In this document: piece after piece, positions 48,280 to 59,879 of the stretch
Layout: the number at the start of each line of letters is the position of its first letter
How positions within the stretch are numbered: position 1 is the first letter of the stretch
Program-made: the position numbers and the translations under genes
The notes under the pieces: model-generated
Seen by the model: only the letters and a program-made list of their open reading frames with translations
What the model was told of the DNA's origin: nothing
Database searches by the model: none
DNA from: Sminthopsis crassicaudata
Lineage: Eukaryota
Assembly: GCF_048593235.1 (NCBI RefSeq)
Contig: NC_133618.1
Location: forward strand, 578,912,889 to 578,976,888
Length of the DNA: 64,000 nucleotides
Direction: 5' to 3'

Positions 48280-48400
48280 GTGATCCTCATCTGGATGCTT
48301 TCTAGTTTATCAATATCCTCCCTAAAATATGACTTCCAGAACTGAATACTGTAGCACTACAGTTTTGGTTGGATCCACAGCAGAATCTTGTGGCCACTAA
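48280..48400 (-). mobile_element. L3/CR1 remnant
   Basis: Antisense CR1 RT C-terminal-like sequence. Confidence 0.45.
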
Positions 48401-50253
48401 TGGAATTAGTCCTGCGTGTAATGTAAGATCAAATTAGCTTTCTAATCAATAATGTCGATCCATATCAAGCTTGCAGGCCACTAAGACCATCCCCAACTCT
48501 ACACCTTCATTCTTCTGGCCAGGCAAATTCAATTGAAGTGGGGGTGTTGACCAGAGGACAGCCCACTTCAGTTACTTATATCTATGTGCCTTAAGTACTG
48601 GGTTCAAATCTTGCTTCAGATCTGTACTTCACCCTGGGTGAAGCATGTGCCTCATCTTCCTCATCTGTAGAATGGAGTGGGTGGGTGGGTAGGAGTTTGT
48701 ATTCAATGTCCTTAAGTTCTTTTTAGCTCCAACTCTGTGATACAGAACCTATTTCATAGGCTTCCTCCTAGGGGAGATGTTAACTTTAACATTTTTAGCA
48801 CCAGTTTTGATTAAGGGATTAAATACTAAGCCATTTCTACTGGAGAAGGGTCCCAATGGTGTTTGGTTTTTAAATCCTAATCCCTCCTGCTACCTGAATT
48901 TTCCCAGGATTCTAGTTATGACTTTGCCTCTTCCCATTTTCTGCCCTTTTGGGAGGATAGGCTGAAGACTTAAGAAATGACATTGTAGGATCCCAAAGCT
49001 TGGGATGATAAATAAATTCACTCAGAACCTAGTTATTCTGTTCTAGATATAGTTAGTAGGCCTTAGTAAATGTTCGTTTAAATAAACAATTTATTAACTT
49101 TCCTGAAATTTGAGGACTGAATGTGTGCTCTCTCTCTCAGAGATAGTCCCTTCTTAAATTAGGATTATAGAGAAGGCAATTCTCACTCATAAAGGCATTG
49201 TTACACTTTTGATATTTTATAGAAGAAATATTTTATAAGATATATATTTTAAGACGTAGGCTTTTACCTCCCTTTGTACTCCTATATGACTCCCAATAGT
49301 TTCCACTACTAGATAAGTAAAGTAGTATCCTTCTAGATAGGAGGGTTGCCATAAAGATCCCTTACTCTATCTTTCAGTTCCTAAAGGCACAGTCTCACAA
49401 ATAGGTCACTCTTTGAAAGCTGCCATAGTGCTTGTGCTGGCCCATGATGATGGGTGACATCAAGCTAGGTGTTGTCCAATGTTGAGCAGGTGAGGATCAA
49501 AGGAGGTGATATTTCTCTTACTTGAGCTCCTGCAGTCAGAGAATGGAAATAGCCCGGGACTGTAGATCACTTCCAAAACTCAGAGTGACCCAAGCTCAGG
49601 TAGTGGTTATAATTAAATTGAGAGGCCTTATCTCAAAATCCTTAAGCCTGAAGAATTCCAGAGGTTCCCAGAGCTTATGGGGGATATTGCTTCATCATTC
49701 CAAGTCTCAGTTTCCCTGTCTGTAAAACACAGAGGCCTTCCAGATCTTCATCTCCAAAGGTAGGCAGCAAGAAGTGTTGAGAAATATACAACAAACTCCC
49801 TGAACTCGAGAGGAGGAGAAAAGTTTTTCCCCAAAGCCACAAAATTATCATTATGAACATTATCACAGATACTGTGCAGGTCGCCGGGCCTGGAGCAGAA
49901 TTTTCGGTCTTCAGATGCTGCTTTTGATAGCACGACCTCACACAGGAGGCAAGGGCTAGAATGAAAGCTCCTCATTGTATCTTTCTTCAGCTCAAAAGAC
50001 AAATCTCAGTTCTTGTGACTTTTCACTTATAGGCAAGTGATTGATATTCCCAAGAAATGTTCCTGGAATATTAGACCCAGTTACCCAGTTCTAGCTGAGA
50101 AGAGACAAGGGCTAAAGCCCCCTGTTTGGAAAGGGACTTTGGAGAGAGGCTGGGATGAACAAAAGTCTATCCCTATCTTCCCCCAATCACTCACGCTCTG
50201 ATCTATTCTGATTAACACTGCTAGTTGTAGCTCTCTAAGAACAGCAAATTTCT

Positions 50254-50330
50254 GGGGTAGCTAGGTGGTGCAGTGGATAGAGCACCAACCCTGAAAGTCA
50301 CTTAACCCTAGCCTCAGGGAAAAAAGAAAG
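50254..50330 (+). mobile_element. Internally deleted WSINE1-type SINE
   Basis: Head GGGGTAGCTAGGTGG..CAGTGGATAGAGCACC joined directly to AAGTCACTTAACCC plus A-rich tail. Confidence 0.7.
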
Positions 50331-50638
50331 AAAAGAACGGTGATGCCGGCTTCTCTCTCTCAGCTCCCACATCAGAAATTCCTCCTTTTTTGGAGGAGGG
50401 GACCTGGAGCATTCAGACCCCTAGCCGATAGGACTAATCACTTGCACTCTGGGAGCTTATTTTCCCCATCTGCAGGAATCCCCAGCAATGCTTTTCAATC
50501 TTTGCTGCCCTGATCTCAAGAGACCCACTGGCCTCTGGTGGGTAGCATGGGAGGCTGATGGACGTCTGCCCTATTTCATAAAGCCGGCACTGAGCCTGCA
50601 GACCTGTAGCTTATCTCTGGAGCCACGGCCTTGATCCC

Positions 50639-51112
50639 TCACACTTTGCTGAAGTAGGTGGCCACCTCCTTCCTCAGGACAGGGGCCGGCTCAGGCCTGG
50701 GATCCCCGCCAGCCCACCCGTTCCCCAGGAGCAGCTCCTCCTGGTCCAGCCGCAGCGGAGGCTTGCAGTCGTGCCAGCTTTTGAGCAGTTGGTTCATGGT
50801 GCCCTGGTCAGTAATGCCATGGAGCTTTCCTCGCTCCTCCTCGGTGCCCTCGGCAGGGGCCTTGGCCGGTCCTGGGTGGGAGTGACCCAGCGTCAGGTCT
50901 TGGTTCATGGCTTCGAAGAATTGTTGGATGCAAACCTTGGCGAAGGCCTTGGCATGCTCCGTGCAGGTCTCGTCGAAGAGCTTGCGCTCGATGTCGATGT
51001 AGTGGGACCAGTACTTGCTCTTGAGAAAAGCAGCCTGGGTGAAGCAGGGGCGGACTGCCCGCACGAGAAATGCCAGGAGGGTGGTCAGCAGCACAAAGGT
51101 CCAGCCCAGAGC
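50639..51112 (-). CDS. CALHM1: CALHM1 coding exon 2
   Basis: Acceptor CCCCACAG|GCT; [25 protein letters not shown]... Confidence 0.95.
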   Translation of the reverse strand, partial: ALGWTFVLLTTLLAFLVRAVRPCFTQAAFLKSKYWSHYIDIERKLFDETCTEHAKAFAKVCIQQFFEAMNQDLTLGHSHPGPAKAPAEGTEEERGKLHGITDQGTMNQLLKSWHDCKPPLRLDQEELLLGNGWAGGDPRPEPAPVLRKEVATYFSKV

Positions 51113-53334
51113 CTGTGGGGACCCAAGGGGAGGAGTGAGTGGGGGCTCCTTCCTACCTGCAGGCCCCTGGCACTGCAGTGCCGGGCAGAGAAAGCAGACT
51201 TGCAATTTCTGCATCTGCAAAATGGGAATAAAACCAGCTTTTGCCCTTTACAGATGAGAAAGACTCAGGCATGCTAGGCTTGGAGTCAGGAAGACCAAAG
51301 TTCAAATCCACATTTTCTAGTTTTCTCAACTGCAAAGGAGAAATAATAATAGAACCTACCTCCCAGGATTGTTATGAGGATCAACTGAAATAAGATGTGT
51401 AAAGTCTTTGACAGTGCCTAGCCCATAATAGGTACCTAATAAATGCCTGTTCCCTTCCTTCCTTCTTATAGATAAAGAATCAGACTATATGAATATATTA
51501 TTATTATTATTGTTATTTCACATTAATAGGATCTTCCCAAACCACCTTCCCTAACTAATCCAGGACTCAAAGTTCCCTCTCCTCCACTCTTAATGTCTCT
51601 ACAGTATGGCTCATTAGAAATTTAAGCAGGCATTGTCCAAGATTGTTAGTGATCTTATACCTCTTTTTAGTCTCCCCAGCTAGACTTTAAGCTCCCAGAA
51701 AACTTAATATTCATACTTGTGTCTCTCATAACAGGGCTTCTTACTTTTTCCACTCGGGACCTCTTTTTGCCCTGGGAAATTTTTCTCAACACTGGGTATA
51801 TAGGTTTAAAAATAGATTTACAAATCAAACATTTACTTATAATAAATTGTAAAGAAATTTATTTTAAGATAATTCTTTGGTATACATATAGTTTTACCAT
51901 TTATTAAAGTTGAAATCAAATTTGCCTACTAATAAGATGGATGTAATTATTTTTATATAAAGTATTAAATCTTGGCAGAATATTTGAAACCTTTTATTGT
52001 CAATTTTTTTGCTACCCTCAATTCAGTGATGCAAGCGCATATCAGGTTGCAACCCACAGTTTAAGAAGCTTTGTCACTTATGTCCTACAATAGGGCTTAA
52101 TATATCATTTTTGATTTGTGATCCTGTTATACCTTTCTAGAGAGAACCATCTTCATTTTCTAAATGGAAAAATTGTAGCTGCATCGGTGACTTGTCTAAA
52201 GGTATTTAAATGTTGGGGGACTCGATTCCATATAGGATCCATTAAGCTCTAAACTCTGGTTTTACAGAGTTTTTCCTTTACTCTTCTCCCCAAATACCAT
52301 CTTACTCTACTCTAAGCAGAAATGAGATCTGATTTCCTTGAAGGGAAATATCGAAGGCTAAAATATATTAAATCCTACTGTTTCTATTCAAGAACCCACA
52401 TCAGCTCCTAGTTCTCACTCAGACTTGCTGGGTTCTATGGGTTCTATTTGCCTGGGAAATGAATCCAAATGGCTCAGAACCATGTTCCGTCTTCCTCAGC
52501 CCTTCCTCCCCCTTTCCAGGTTCCCTAGTTTTAAAGGATGCAAATCTTTCAAAATCACAATAATCCTTCTTCGGACAGACTGGGACACCAGTGGGTGCTG
52601 TAGAGGCCCCACATTATATCCCAGGCCTGTTACTAGCCTAGCCGGGCAGGGTCCTGAATTGGCAGAAGGGGTTTCAGTGTCAGGCCATAGGGAAGGAAGG
52701 ACAATGGATAAATTGTTTTCTTTGAGGAGCTGATGGCCCAGTGGAAGAAGCCGGGAAGTAAGGGGAACACCTGAGAGCTCACCTGGGAGATGCAGCGCAA
52801 ATATCTGACGGCCACTTCTCGGGCAAGCAGCCAGTCCCCATCATAGATCTCCTGGCAGGGGATGCGAGCCAGCAGTCTGACCACCTCCTGCTGGGCCAGG
52901 CCGGGGACGTGGCTGGCGTTTCCCAGGGTGGCCACGGGCACGGCGGTACAGAAGGCACACAGGAAGCACTTGCCATCCAGCAGGGTGACAGCAACCCAGA
53001 CCACAGGCGCAATCAGCGCCCGCTGGGCCATGGAACAGAACATGTAGCGGAGCACGGCGGGGTCCTTATGCCTCTGGCCGGTGGGCCGCTTCCATTCCTC
53101 AGCCAGCATGGAGATGTTATTGTTCATCACCAGTCCCAGGAGGAAGAGCACCAGGGGAGGGGCCAGAAGGATGCCCCCGCTGTAGGCCAGGTTGTACCCA
53201 GGCAGGCAGGGGCAGCTGAAGTCAAAAGCCGAGTACATCTGGGCACTGGCCAGAGCCATGATCCCACAGATGCCATTCATGAAGGACTCCTGGTTAGACT
53301 GCAAAAACTGAAATATCATCCGGAACTTATCCAT
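50639..53334 (-). CDS. CALHM1: Calcium homeostasis modulator 1, join(53334..52783, 51112..50639), 341 aa
   Basis: [39 protein letters not shown]...YLRCISQ / [15 protein letters not shown]...[11 protein letters not shown] matches human CALHM1. 552+474 nt. Equivalents of human N72, D121 and the N140 sequon are retained. Confidence 0.97.
51732..52073. mobile_element. hAT-Charlie-type MITE (old marsupial family)
   Basis: TIR-like CAGGGCTTCTTA(A)CT / AGTTTAAGAAGCTTTG; TSD decayed. Confidence 0.65.
52783..53334 (-). CDS. CALHM1: CALHM1 coding exon 1
   Basis: Donor CAG|GTGAG at 52782. Confidence 0.95.
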
Positions 53335-54040
53335 CGCGCTTGCCTCCTCTAGGGAACCAGGGACCAGCTGCCTAGACTCAGGCCCCGGTCTTCCTACCTT
53401 CAGTCAGCCTCTGCACCCGCCCCTCGGGCCTGGCCCCCAGTTACCAGTGGCTGCCTGGGACAATGGTGGGTACATGCCCACCTCAGATTCTCCACCATAG
53501 GGCACCCCGGCCTCATGTTTCAGGGTCCTGGAGGTCCCAGGGTGGCGGCTGTCTCTCCTTCACTTCCCGTGCCTCCAGTTCTGCCCCCTGCCAACCCCCA
53601 CCCTGGCTCTCCCTGAGCTGGTTTGCAAATCCCCAGGCAGCTGGGAGGCTCTCTCCCCACCCCTTCCAGGCCAGTCACTGCTGCAGCCCTCAGCAAACAG
53701 GGAAACCGCAAAGGGAGGGCCTGACCTTGTCTGTTTTGCTCGCAGAAAGGCCAGGTTCACTGAGGGAGGACGGACAGGAGTCCACGTTCAAGGAGAACTG
53801 AGTCTGGATGAAAAGCATGGGAGGGAACATTGTGTCAGTGTGGATGGGGGTGTGAACAGATACCCAGGAGACCCTGCCCAGGGTTGTTGATGTGCAAACC
53901 AGGCATTTTCTTCTTTTTTCTATTCCATGCTGAACATTGTGACACATTAAGTGTCACAAAGGGCTAGATGTTTAGGGAGACCATGTTAGTGCAAGACTGT
54001 CAGAGCCAGCTCACCCAGGACAGCCACTTGTTAACTTTTT

Positions 54041-54184
54041 CATTTTATTTTATATTTTTAAGCAATTGGGGTTAAGTGACTTGCCCAGGATCACACAGCC
54101 AGGAAGTGTTAAGTGTCAGAGGTCAGATTTGAACTTCCTGACTTCAGGGCTGGTGCTTTATCCACTGCACCACCTAGCTGCCCC
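54041..54184 (-). mobile_element. WSINE1-type SINE with near-perfect 13-bp TSD
   Basis: TTGTTAACTTTTT 54028-54040 / TTGTTAAATTTTT 54188-54200. Confidence 0.85.
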
Positions 54185-54234
54185 AATTTGTTAAATTTTT
54201 AGTATGGGTGTTTATACTTGGTAAACCTGTAAAT

Positions 54235-54413
54235 CAGGGGGTTCTCAAACTATGGCCCTCGGGCCAGATGCGGCCTGCTGAGGACCCCCGAGTTATGGCA
54301 AATGGGCAGAGTGGCCAGGGACAGTGTGAGTTTTTGTTTTTACTATAGTCCAGCCCTCCCACAGTCTGAGGGACAATGAACTGGCCCCTATTTAAAAAGT
54401 TTGAGGACCACTG
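54235..54413. mobile_element. Non-autonomous hAT (OC1/OposCharlie1-like) MITE, 179 bp
   Basis: TIRs CAGGGGGTTCTCAAACT / AGTTTGAGGACCACTG; perfect 8-bp TSD CTGTAAAT (54227-54234, 54414-54421). Confidence 0.85.
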
Positions 54414-56424
54414 CTGTAAATGTTACAAATTGGGATGATTGTTTTGTTCATCATCTAGTCTTAATAAAGTGATGGGGAAAATGTGAATAAAACAGATTAA
54501 ACATTTACTATTACACCCTTAATCCAATCTTTCATCTCACAGATGGGGTAAGTGATAGCTGAAGAAGTAAAGTGACTTAGTCAAAAGGTTACAGAATCAC
54601 CAAAGAGAAGAAGTCTCTTGATGGTGATGTTACTAACTCACAACTTCCTTTTAGGCTTTCAGAGTACATTCCTCACAACACTCATGGAGGGATAGGTATT
54701 CCAGATATCACTGTCCCCATCTAACAAGGGAGGAAACTGAGTTCCTAAATCTTTATGTGTTTTGCCCAGTTACACAAGCAGAAAGTATAGAAGTCAGGAT
54801 TTGAACTCGGGTCTCCCTCTCCTAATTCCAAGGTCCAGGTCTGTCTTTCTATGGTACCACATTGTTTATCTTGATGATGCTGGTTGGTGATGATGGCTGT
54901 TGACCAAAGGTAATGTTGCTTCTCAAAAATGGTCCCAGATATTCATTTACCTGGTTTAGGAAGGAGGATGAAAATGGGAGAGGGAACTGCAAAAGTCTAA
55001 GAAATAGATTCCAGCAAGGATCGTCATATTTTTAAAAGAGACAGAGAGTAAAAAGTAATAGCTAACATTTTTATGGCCGCTTCCAAACTGTTTAACATGG
55101 ATTATCTTGTTTGATACTCACACAAAAAAGATCCTGCTGGGTAGGTGCTGTTATTACTATACTTCGGTCACACAACTAGTGTCTGAGGAAGGATTTGAAC
55201 TTGAGGTCTTCCTGACCAAGCTCATTATTCACAAGCAATGAGACTGATGGTGTGAGGCTGGGCTCGGAGAAAGAGGAAAAGAGTGACAGATCCACGTGAC
55301 AAGAATTCACAAACCTGTGGCAAAAAATAGGGAAAAAAAAAATTTTTTTTCACTAAGAATTCCCTTAGTGGACAAAAACCCCTAATTTGATTAGGAGGTT
55401 TTGTGTAGAGCTTAGTTGATGGTACTTTGTGGCAGACCCTGGCCTAGGGCTAGGGACTGTTTGAGTAGAAATCTTCGATTTCAATAGAGAAATTTTCAAT
55501 TGAATGAGAAGTCCCAGACTAATTATCAACTCAAAAGAGAGTGTATTCCGCAGTGATATCGATGGAGGTGTGCCCGTCTAGTTCTGGATAACAGAAGGAA
55601 GCTACTACTCCGGATTCCCTTGGGCAGGTCTTTTACTGTGGTGAGTTCGAGTAGATTCTCTCCTTCCGGGAGTTTCAGAGAGTTTCGGAGTCCCCCTCTC
55701 AGTTTCAGGGTTCTCATGTCAAGACTGCCCTCTTGTCTTTCCAAAGTATGTGACTAGGTGTGCACTGGGTATGTGTATTTTTGTATGCATCTCCTAGTAC
55801 CTCTCAGAATTCTCTCCCCCATCTTTTAGCTGTTCCAAATAAAACCACAAGAACAACACCCAGAAATCCGGCTTGGGAGGAAAGCTCTGTGGACAGTGCC
55901 CGGAAGGGTTCCCGAAAGGTTGGGAGAGCTTCTGTGGGGTTCCCTTTGAAGCCTGGGAAGCTCCTGGGAAAGTGGGCAAGCCTTGGCCCCACCCTGGCTG
56001 GCCCAGCCCTCTCCCAGTCTTGTCCTGAGGGCCCTTTTTCTATGTGGGAGTTTAGGTGGTTGTGGGTGTGTCTCTGTATGTGTGGGACATAATACTTTGC
56101 ACACTTCATTGGGCTACATAAATGCAAGGTACTATTATTGTAATCTCTGTGAGTCTGGGTGCCATGTAGCTGCATGTCTGTGTAAGGGGGGGGGGAATCA
56201 TTGAACTGGGATTTGGGAACACCTGGTTCCTAATCCTGCAGAGGAAAAGTTGGGATTTGTGTTGGGACACGCATTTATTAAAGACCTGAGGTACCCTATT
56301 ATCAATGAGATCACAGATCCATTATATGCAAAGACTTTGGGACGTTCCCTCCCCGCCTTTGTGCATTCCCATTAATCTCAGTTTGCTGTTGTTTAGTTGT
56401 AGTAGGCTCTTTGTGCCCCATTTT

Positions 56425-56600
56425 TCTTGGCAAAAATTCTGAAGTGGTTTTCCATTTCCTCTCCAGCTCATTTTACAGATGGGGAAACTGAGTCTAACAG
56501 GGTTAGGTGACCTGATCAGGGTCATACAACTAGGTCAGATTTGAACTCAGGGAGATGGGTTTTCTTGACTCCAGGCCTGACACTCCAGCCTCTGTGCCAC
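56425..56600 (-). mobile_element. Mar1/MIR SINE
   Basis: CTCATTTTACAGATGGGGAAACTGAG...GGTTAGGTGAC...GATTTGAACTCAGG. Confidence 0.7.
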
Positions 56601-57379
56601 TCAATTGCTTTAACGGAAGGGATTAACTCTAATAACATCGGCCCCAATCCCCCTTGGTTTAACTTTGGATAAGGCTGGTGTACTAAGTAGGGGCTTAGTA
56701 CATACGTGATGAATTGAATCAAAGGGGGCAGCAAATATCCTCCTGGCTACTCTGAAACTGTTTGCTCGTGTTTTGTAAATTATTTAATTTCTAGGTCTCT
56801 CTAACCAGCCAGTGAACTCCAAGACAAAACTGGATCCTGTCCCTCTGTCTCCCCAACCACGAGGCTCATCTTGGGATTCAGAGATCCACATTACTTACTT
56901 AGTGTTTCGGGAGGGGAAGGAAAAGACTGTCGCCCGCAAGTCAGCCCCTCTGCCTGACAGAATGCCCTAAAGCATCTCAAAGGGATGACTGCCTATCAAG
57001 TACTTCTGAAACACTCCCCACTTAGTGATACTCACCTGCCTCCCTGAGGCACTGAGAGAAACAGCTGCTTTCACTTACCCCTTTCAGGGCTGATGGTCCA
57101 TCCAGTCCCAAAGGAGTTAAAAGCCCAAGACTAGAATGTAAAGCATTATGCAAAGGAGGAAGAGAGGAAGAGTAGGTATGTGCCTAGTTCTGTTGGCCTT
57201 TTAGGAAAATGTGCCATTTGCTTAGCAGAGAAAGGCGGCCCGGTGGGCATTTTGGCCTATTTGGGCAGCTCTGTGTTTGGAACATCCAGCAGGTTCTATA
57301 CCTGAAAGAGAGAGGTCTGAGATTTTCATAGAAACTAAACTAGCCAATGTCATCTAGGACTATATACTCCCCCTCCCCC

Positions 57380-57971
57380 CCCTTAATAGTATTTTAGATT
57401 TTCTAATTACATGTAAAGATAGTTTGCAACATTTACTTTGATAATCTGATGTACAATCATGTTAAATAGATTTCCACATCAATTATATTGTAAAAGAAGA
57501 ATCACAACAGAAGGGAAAAATTATGAGAAAGAAAAAAGCAAGACAAAAAAAGTGAAATTAGTACACTATGATCAGCATTCAGACACTTTAATTCTTTCTT
57601 TGGGTGTGGTTAACCTTTCTATCATGAGTTTTTTGGAATTGTCTTAAATCATTGTATTGCTGAGAAGATCAAAATCTATCAAAGTTAATCATCATACAAT
57701 GTTGCTGTTACTGTGCTCCTGGCTCTGCTCACTTCACTCAGCATCAGTTCATTGTAAGTCTTTCCAGGTTTTTCTGAAATCTATCTACTCATCATTTCTT
57801 ATGGAATAATAATATTCCATTTCATTCATATACTTCAATTTGTTCAGCCATTCCACAATTGATGGGCATCCTCTTGATTTCCAATTCTTTGTCACCACAA
57901 AGAGAGCTGCTATACACATTTTTGTATCTGCAGGTCCTTTTCCACTTTTTAAGATTTCTTGGGGATACAGA
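57380..57971 (-). mobile_element. L1 3' fragment abutting LTR copy A
   Basis: ORF2 C-terminus on - (KMCIAALFVVTKNWKSRGCPSIVEWLNKL..MNEMEYYYSIRND). Confidence 0.85.
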
Positions 57972-58420
57972 TGTGTGGTACGGAAATGGTGAGGGGTCAC
58001 CATTTAATAAAAAAGTTGGAGAGATCTCTAGAGTAAAGCAAAGTTCATAGTACATTCTCGAGAGAAGGGCGTCACACCCTTCGAGCAGACAATGGAAGAG
58101 AGGAAGCACCTCCTGTGGGCAGGACAGCCCCTTTAATCCCTAACGCAAAACACCCCCTCCCACCACTGACCCTCATCCTCATTGGCTGAGAGTCTTACAT
58201 TCTAAACTCGAGATCTGCCCATGAAATTGAACTTGACCAATAAGTACATAGTTGCCCATATTTGGCTGAAATAGGGAGATGATATCATGGGAGGGGAACG
58301 CAATTATGCCCTTGACTCGATCTATGTTCACAGTCCTTCAGGCCTACTCAAACTCTGAAGTAGATGAAGCCTTACTCGATTTTCACAACTGTCTTAACAG
58401 ATCTCACCTCATCTCATTCA
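57972..58420 (-). mobile_element. Solo ERV LTR, copy A (449 bp), 4-bp TSD CAGA
   Basis: TG...CA ends; CAGA at 57968-57971 and 58421-58424; reverse complement of copy B. Confidence 0.9.
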
Positions 58421-58489
58421 CAGAACTCATCTAGGGAATACATATATAATAGAAGTCTGATGTCTAGAATGAAGGTGGTGGTAAGTAAG

Positions 58490-59100
58490 ACTCTGGAACC
58501 CTGGTCAGATCACACCTGCGTTTTGTTCCAGGGGCCACATTTTAGCAGTCACATTGACAAGCTGGAATGTATCCAAAGGAGTGTGATCAGGATATTGGAG
58601 GGATGAAAAACCAGTGCAATATGAGATCTAGATGAAGGTAAAGGGTCATTTAGCTCAAAGAAGAAAAGATTGGAGGGGAGAGGGTCATAAATCCTAAGAT
58701 CTAGTGGAAGCTAGAAAGGACCTTAGAAAACATTTAATTTAATACCCTCATTTTATAGACAAGGGAGATGAAGCCCAGAATGGCTATTACATAATCAGGG
58801 TGATGTAAAGCAGCTAAGGTTCTCTGACTCCAAATAGGATAATTTTATGTTATTGCAAGATGTTATTTTCTCTAGTCTCAAATATTGAAGGAATTGTTAT
58901 ATAGATCAGAAATTAGATCTATTCTTTGTGGCTTTAGAGGGCAGAACTAAGAACATCAGGGAAAAACAATAGGTGAATCAGGTTTTGTTTCAACATAAGG
59001 AAATCGCTTCCTAACATTTAAAATGGCATAGATGTTTTATTAGGGAGTTCTCCATCACTAAGGACATTCAATTGGGAGGTGTTTGGTCATCTATCTATGT
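58490..59100 (+). mobile_element. L3/CR1 LINE remnants in the spacer between the LTRs
   Basis: PHFSSHIDKLECIQRSVIRILEG resembles the CR1 RT C-terminus (PHFKKDIDKLERVQRRAT..). Confidence 0.7.
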
Positions 59101-59129
59101 GATGGAAACTAGAATGCACAGTGAATATA

Positions 59130-59340
59130 GCTCTGGCCATAGACTTGGGACAAACTGAGTTCAAATCTATCCTCAGTTACTTATTAGGATTGTAAAACAC
59201 TTTAACAACATTATGCAACCCTGGGAAAATTATTTAATCCATCATTTTCTTCAAATACAATAAATTAATAGTAAATTAAAATAGGGATAATAATAGCACC
59301 TACCTCTCAGGATTGTTTTAAGGATAAAATTATATATATA
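59130..59340 (+). mobile_element. MIR SINE remnant
   Basis: GAGTTCAAATCT..CCTCAG...ATAATAGCACCTACCTCTCAGGATTGTT. Confidence 0.6.
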
Positions 59341-59456
59341 AAGCATTTTTCAAACTATAAAGTACTATGCAAATTCTATTATTATTTGTTATTATCATTA
59401 TAGTAGATGGAATCTATGTACTGTATGGAAAATTTGACTAACTTCTCAAATACCTT

Positions 59457-59879
59457 TGAATGAGATGAGATCTTTCAAGACAGTTGTGAAAATCGAGTAA
59501 GGCTTCATCTACTTCAGAGTTCGAGTAGGCCTGAAGGACTCTGAAGGGCATTGCCTTCCCCTCCTATGACATCTCCCTATTTCATCCAAATATGGGCAAC
59601 TATGTACTTATTGGTCAAGTTCAATTTCATGGGTAGATCTCGTGTTTAGAATGTAAGACTCTCAGCCAATGAGGATGAGGGTCAGTGGTGGGAGGGGGCG
59701 TTTTGCGTTAGGGATTAAAGGTGCTGTCCTGCCCACAGGAGGCGCTTCCTCTCTTCGATAGTCTACTCGAAGAGTGGGACGCCCTTCTCGCGAGAATGTA
59801 CAATAAACTTTGCTTTTCTCTAGAGCTCTCTCCAGTTTTTTTATTAAATGGTGACCCTTCACCATTTCCGTACCACACA
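59457..59879 (+). mobile_element. Solo ERV LTR, copy B (423 bp), 4-bp TSD CCTT
   Basis: TG...CA ends; CCTT at 59453-59456 and 59880-59883; CCAAT, GC box, TATA-like ATTAAA, AATAAA 59802-59807. Confidence 0.9.

Noticed and set aside
57972-59879. Reading the two LTRs as one provirus or a composite transposon
   Set aside because: Proviral LTRs are direct repeats. These are inverted, each has its own TSD, and the spacer is L3/MIR host DNA with no gag/pol.
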